NCBI GenBank assembly: GCA_964371145.1
Contig: CAYJKO010000005.1
Location: 36,909 to 53,252, forward strand
DNA: 16,344 nucleotides
DNA from: an uncultured Muribaculaceae bacterium
Lineage (GTDB): Bacteria > Pseudomonadota > Alphaproteobacteria > Rs-D84
Reading direction: 5' to 3'
Shown in pieces: positions 15,760-16,344 of the stretch. The stretch's first letter is position 1; each line of letters begins with the position of its first letter. The translations under genes and the position numbers were made by a program. A model generated the notes under the pieces. The model saw nothing but the letters and a program-made list of their open reading frames with translations, made no database searches and was not told where the DNA came from.

Positions 15760-16344
15760 AACAAAAAAACCGGCGATTTCGGTTGAAAACGAAAATGTTG
15801 TGCAAACTGTTGCGCCAAAGAAAAAAAGAAAATGGTTACGTAATATAATTATTTTGGGTGTGATAGGCGCAGGCGGATATTATTATTTTACGGGCGGTGA
15901 CACAAAACGCGAAGAATCTAATTATATGGCTATGCCGGTGTCGTTTGGTGATTTAAAACAAATCGTAACTGCGACCGGTGAAATTCAACCTGTAAACACT
16001 ATTAATATCGGATCGCAGGTCAGTGGTATAATCGAAGGTATTTTTGTAGATTTTAACAGCGAAGTAAAAGAGGGGGATGTTTTATTGACTATTGAACCAT
16101 CTGTTTTACAAGCGTCCGTAGATGAAGCATATGCGACTTTGTTAAGTAATGAATCCAGCCGTGATTTTGCAAAAAATGAATTCAATCGTAACCAAGCATT
16201 ATTTGATGATGGATTTATCGCACGCGCGGAATTAGAACAATCCGAAACAGTGTATGAACAAGCCGAACAATCTGTTGCCAGATCGAAATCGCAATATGAC
16301 CGGGCAAAAACAAATCTGGGATATGCAACAATTGTGTCCCCCGT
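15749..16344 (+). CDS. macA: MacA/HlyD-family periplasmic adaptor (membrane fusion protein), 5' partial, runs off the window
   Basis: My own translation from ATG 15749 (AGGAGA SD at 15735-15740). It reads MKNKTKKPAISVEN..KKKRKWLRNIIILGVIGAGGYYYF (TM anchor)..TGEIQPVNTINIGSQVSGIIEGIFVDFNSEVKEGDVLLTIEP..coiled coil..RAKTNLGYATIVSP. There is no stop before 16344, which explains its absence from the ORF track. Confidence 0.8.
   Translation, partial: MKNKTKKPAISVENENVVQTVAPKKKRKWLRNIIILGVIGAGGYYYFTGGDTKREESNYMAMPVSFGDLKQIVTATGEIQPVNTINIGSQVSGIIEGIFVDFNSEVKEGDVLLTIEPSVLQASVDEAYATLLSNESSRDFAKNEFNRNQALFDDGFIARAELEQSETVYEQAEQSVARSKSQYDRAKTNLGYATIVSP

Overview
This is a dense housekeeping window with no mobile, defense or CRISPR content. 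About 830 nt lie outside called genes by my tally, so roughly 95% is genic. It looks like a low-GC, compact alphaproteobacterium-type genome. That guess rests on an alpha-type SspB with an LDDFRKKK tail, a MutS with the LTKRG..IPMCGLP signature, and a C-terminal TPR protein typical of the class. I call 18 CDS and 1 tRNA. On the minus strand: accC, accB, yidD, rnpA. On the plus strand: mreB, then xseB-mutS-truB-rpsO. On the minus strand: parB, parA, rsmG. On the plus strand: a 535-aa membrane-anchored TPR protein coupled to gpsA. On the minus strand: sspB, recF, tRNA-Cys. On the plus strand: a TolC-family gene and a MacA/HlyD-family adaptor that runs off the 3' edge and is absent from the ORF track. 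Several track ORFs are over-extended through TTG or upstream starts; I trimmed accC, accB, rnpA, mreB, truB, the TPR gene and recF. Non-ORF features found by eye are a near-consensus parS at the rsmG/parA junction, four intrinsic terminators, and several sigma70-like promoters. I do not see a convincing novel multi-gene system, and I say so rather than inventing one. The observations most worth a second look are listed here. (1) A stereotyped terminator hairpin, ACCGGCA-N3-TGCCGGT, recurs three times, with related copies inside coding sequence. (2) rnpA and rsmG lack a Shine-Dalgarno and have a -10 hexamer 7 nt upstream of the ATG. (3) The rsmG and TPR-gene promoters appear to interpenetrate within a 26-bp gap. 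(4) recF starts 9 nt after an encoded tRNA-Cys CCA end. (5) The uncharacterised TPR protein is translationally coupled to gpsA. (6) Local synteny is broken: rnpA lacks rpmH and yidC, mreB lacks mreCD, rpsO lacks pnp, and recF lacks dnaN and gyrB.
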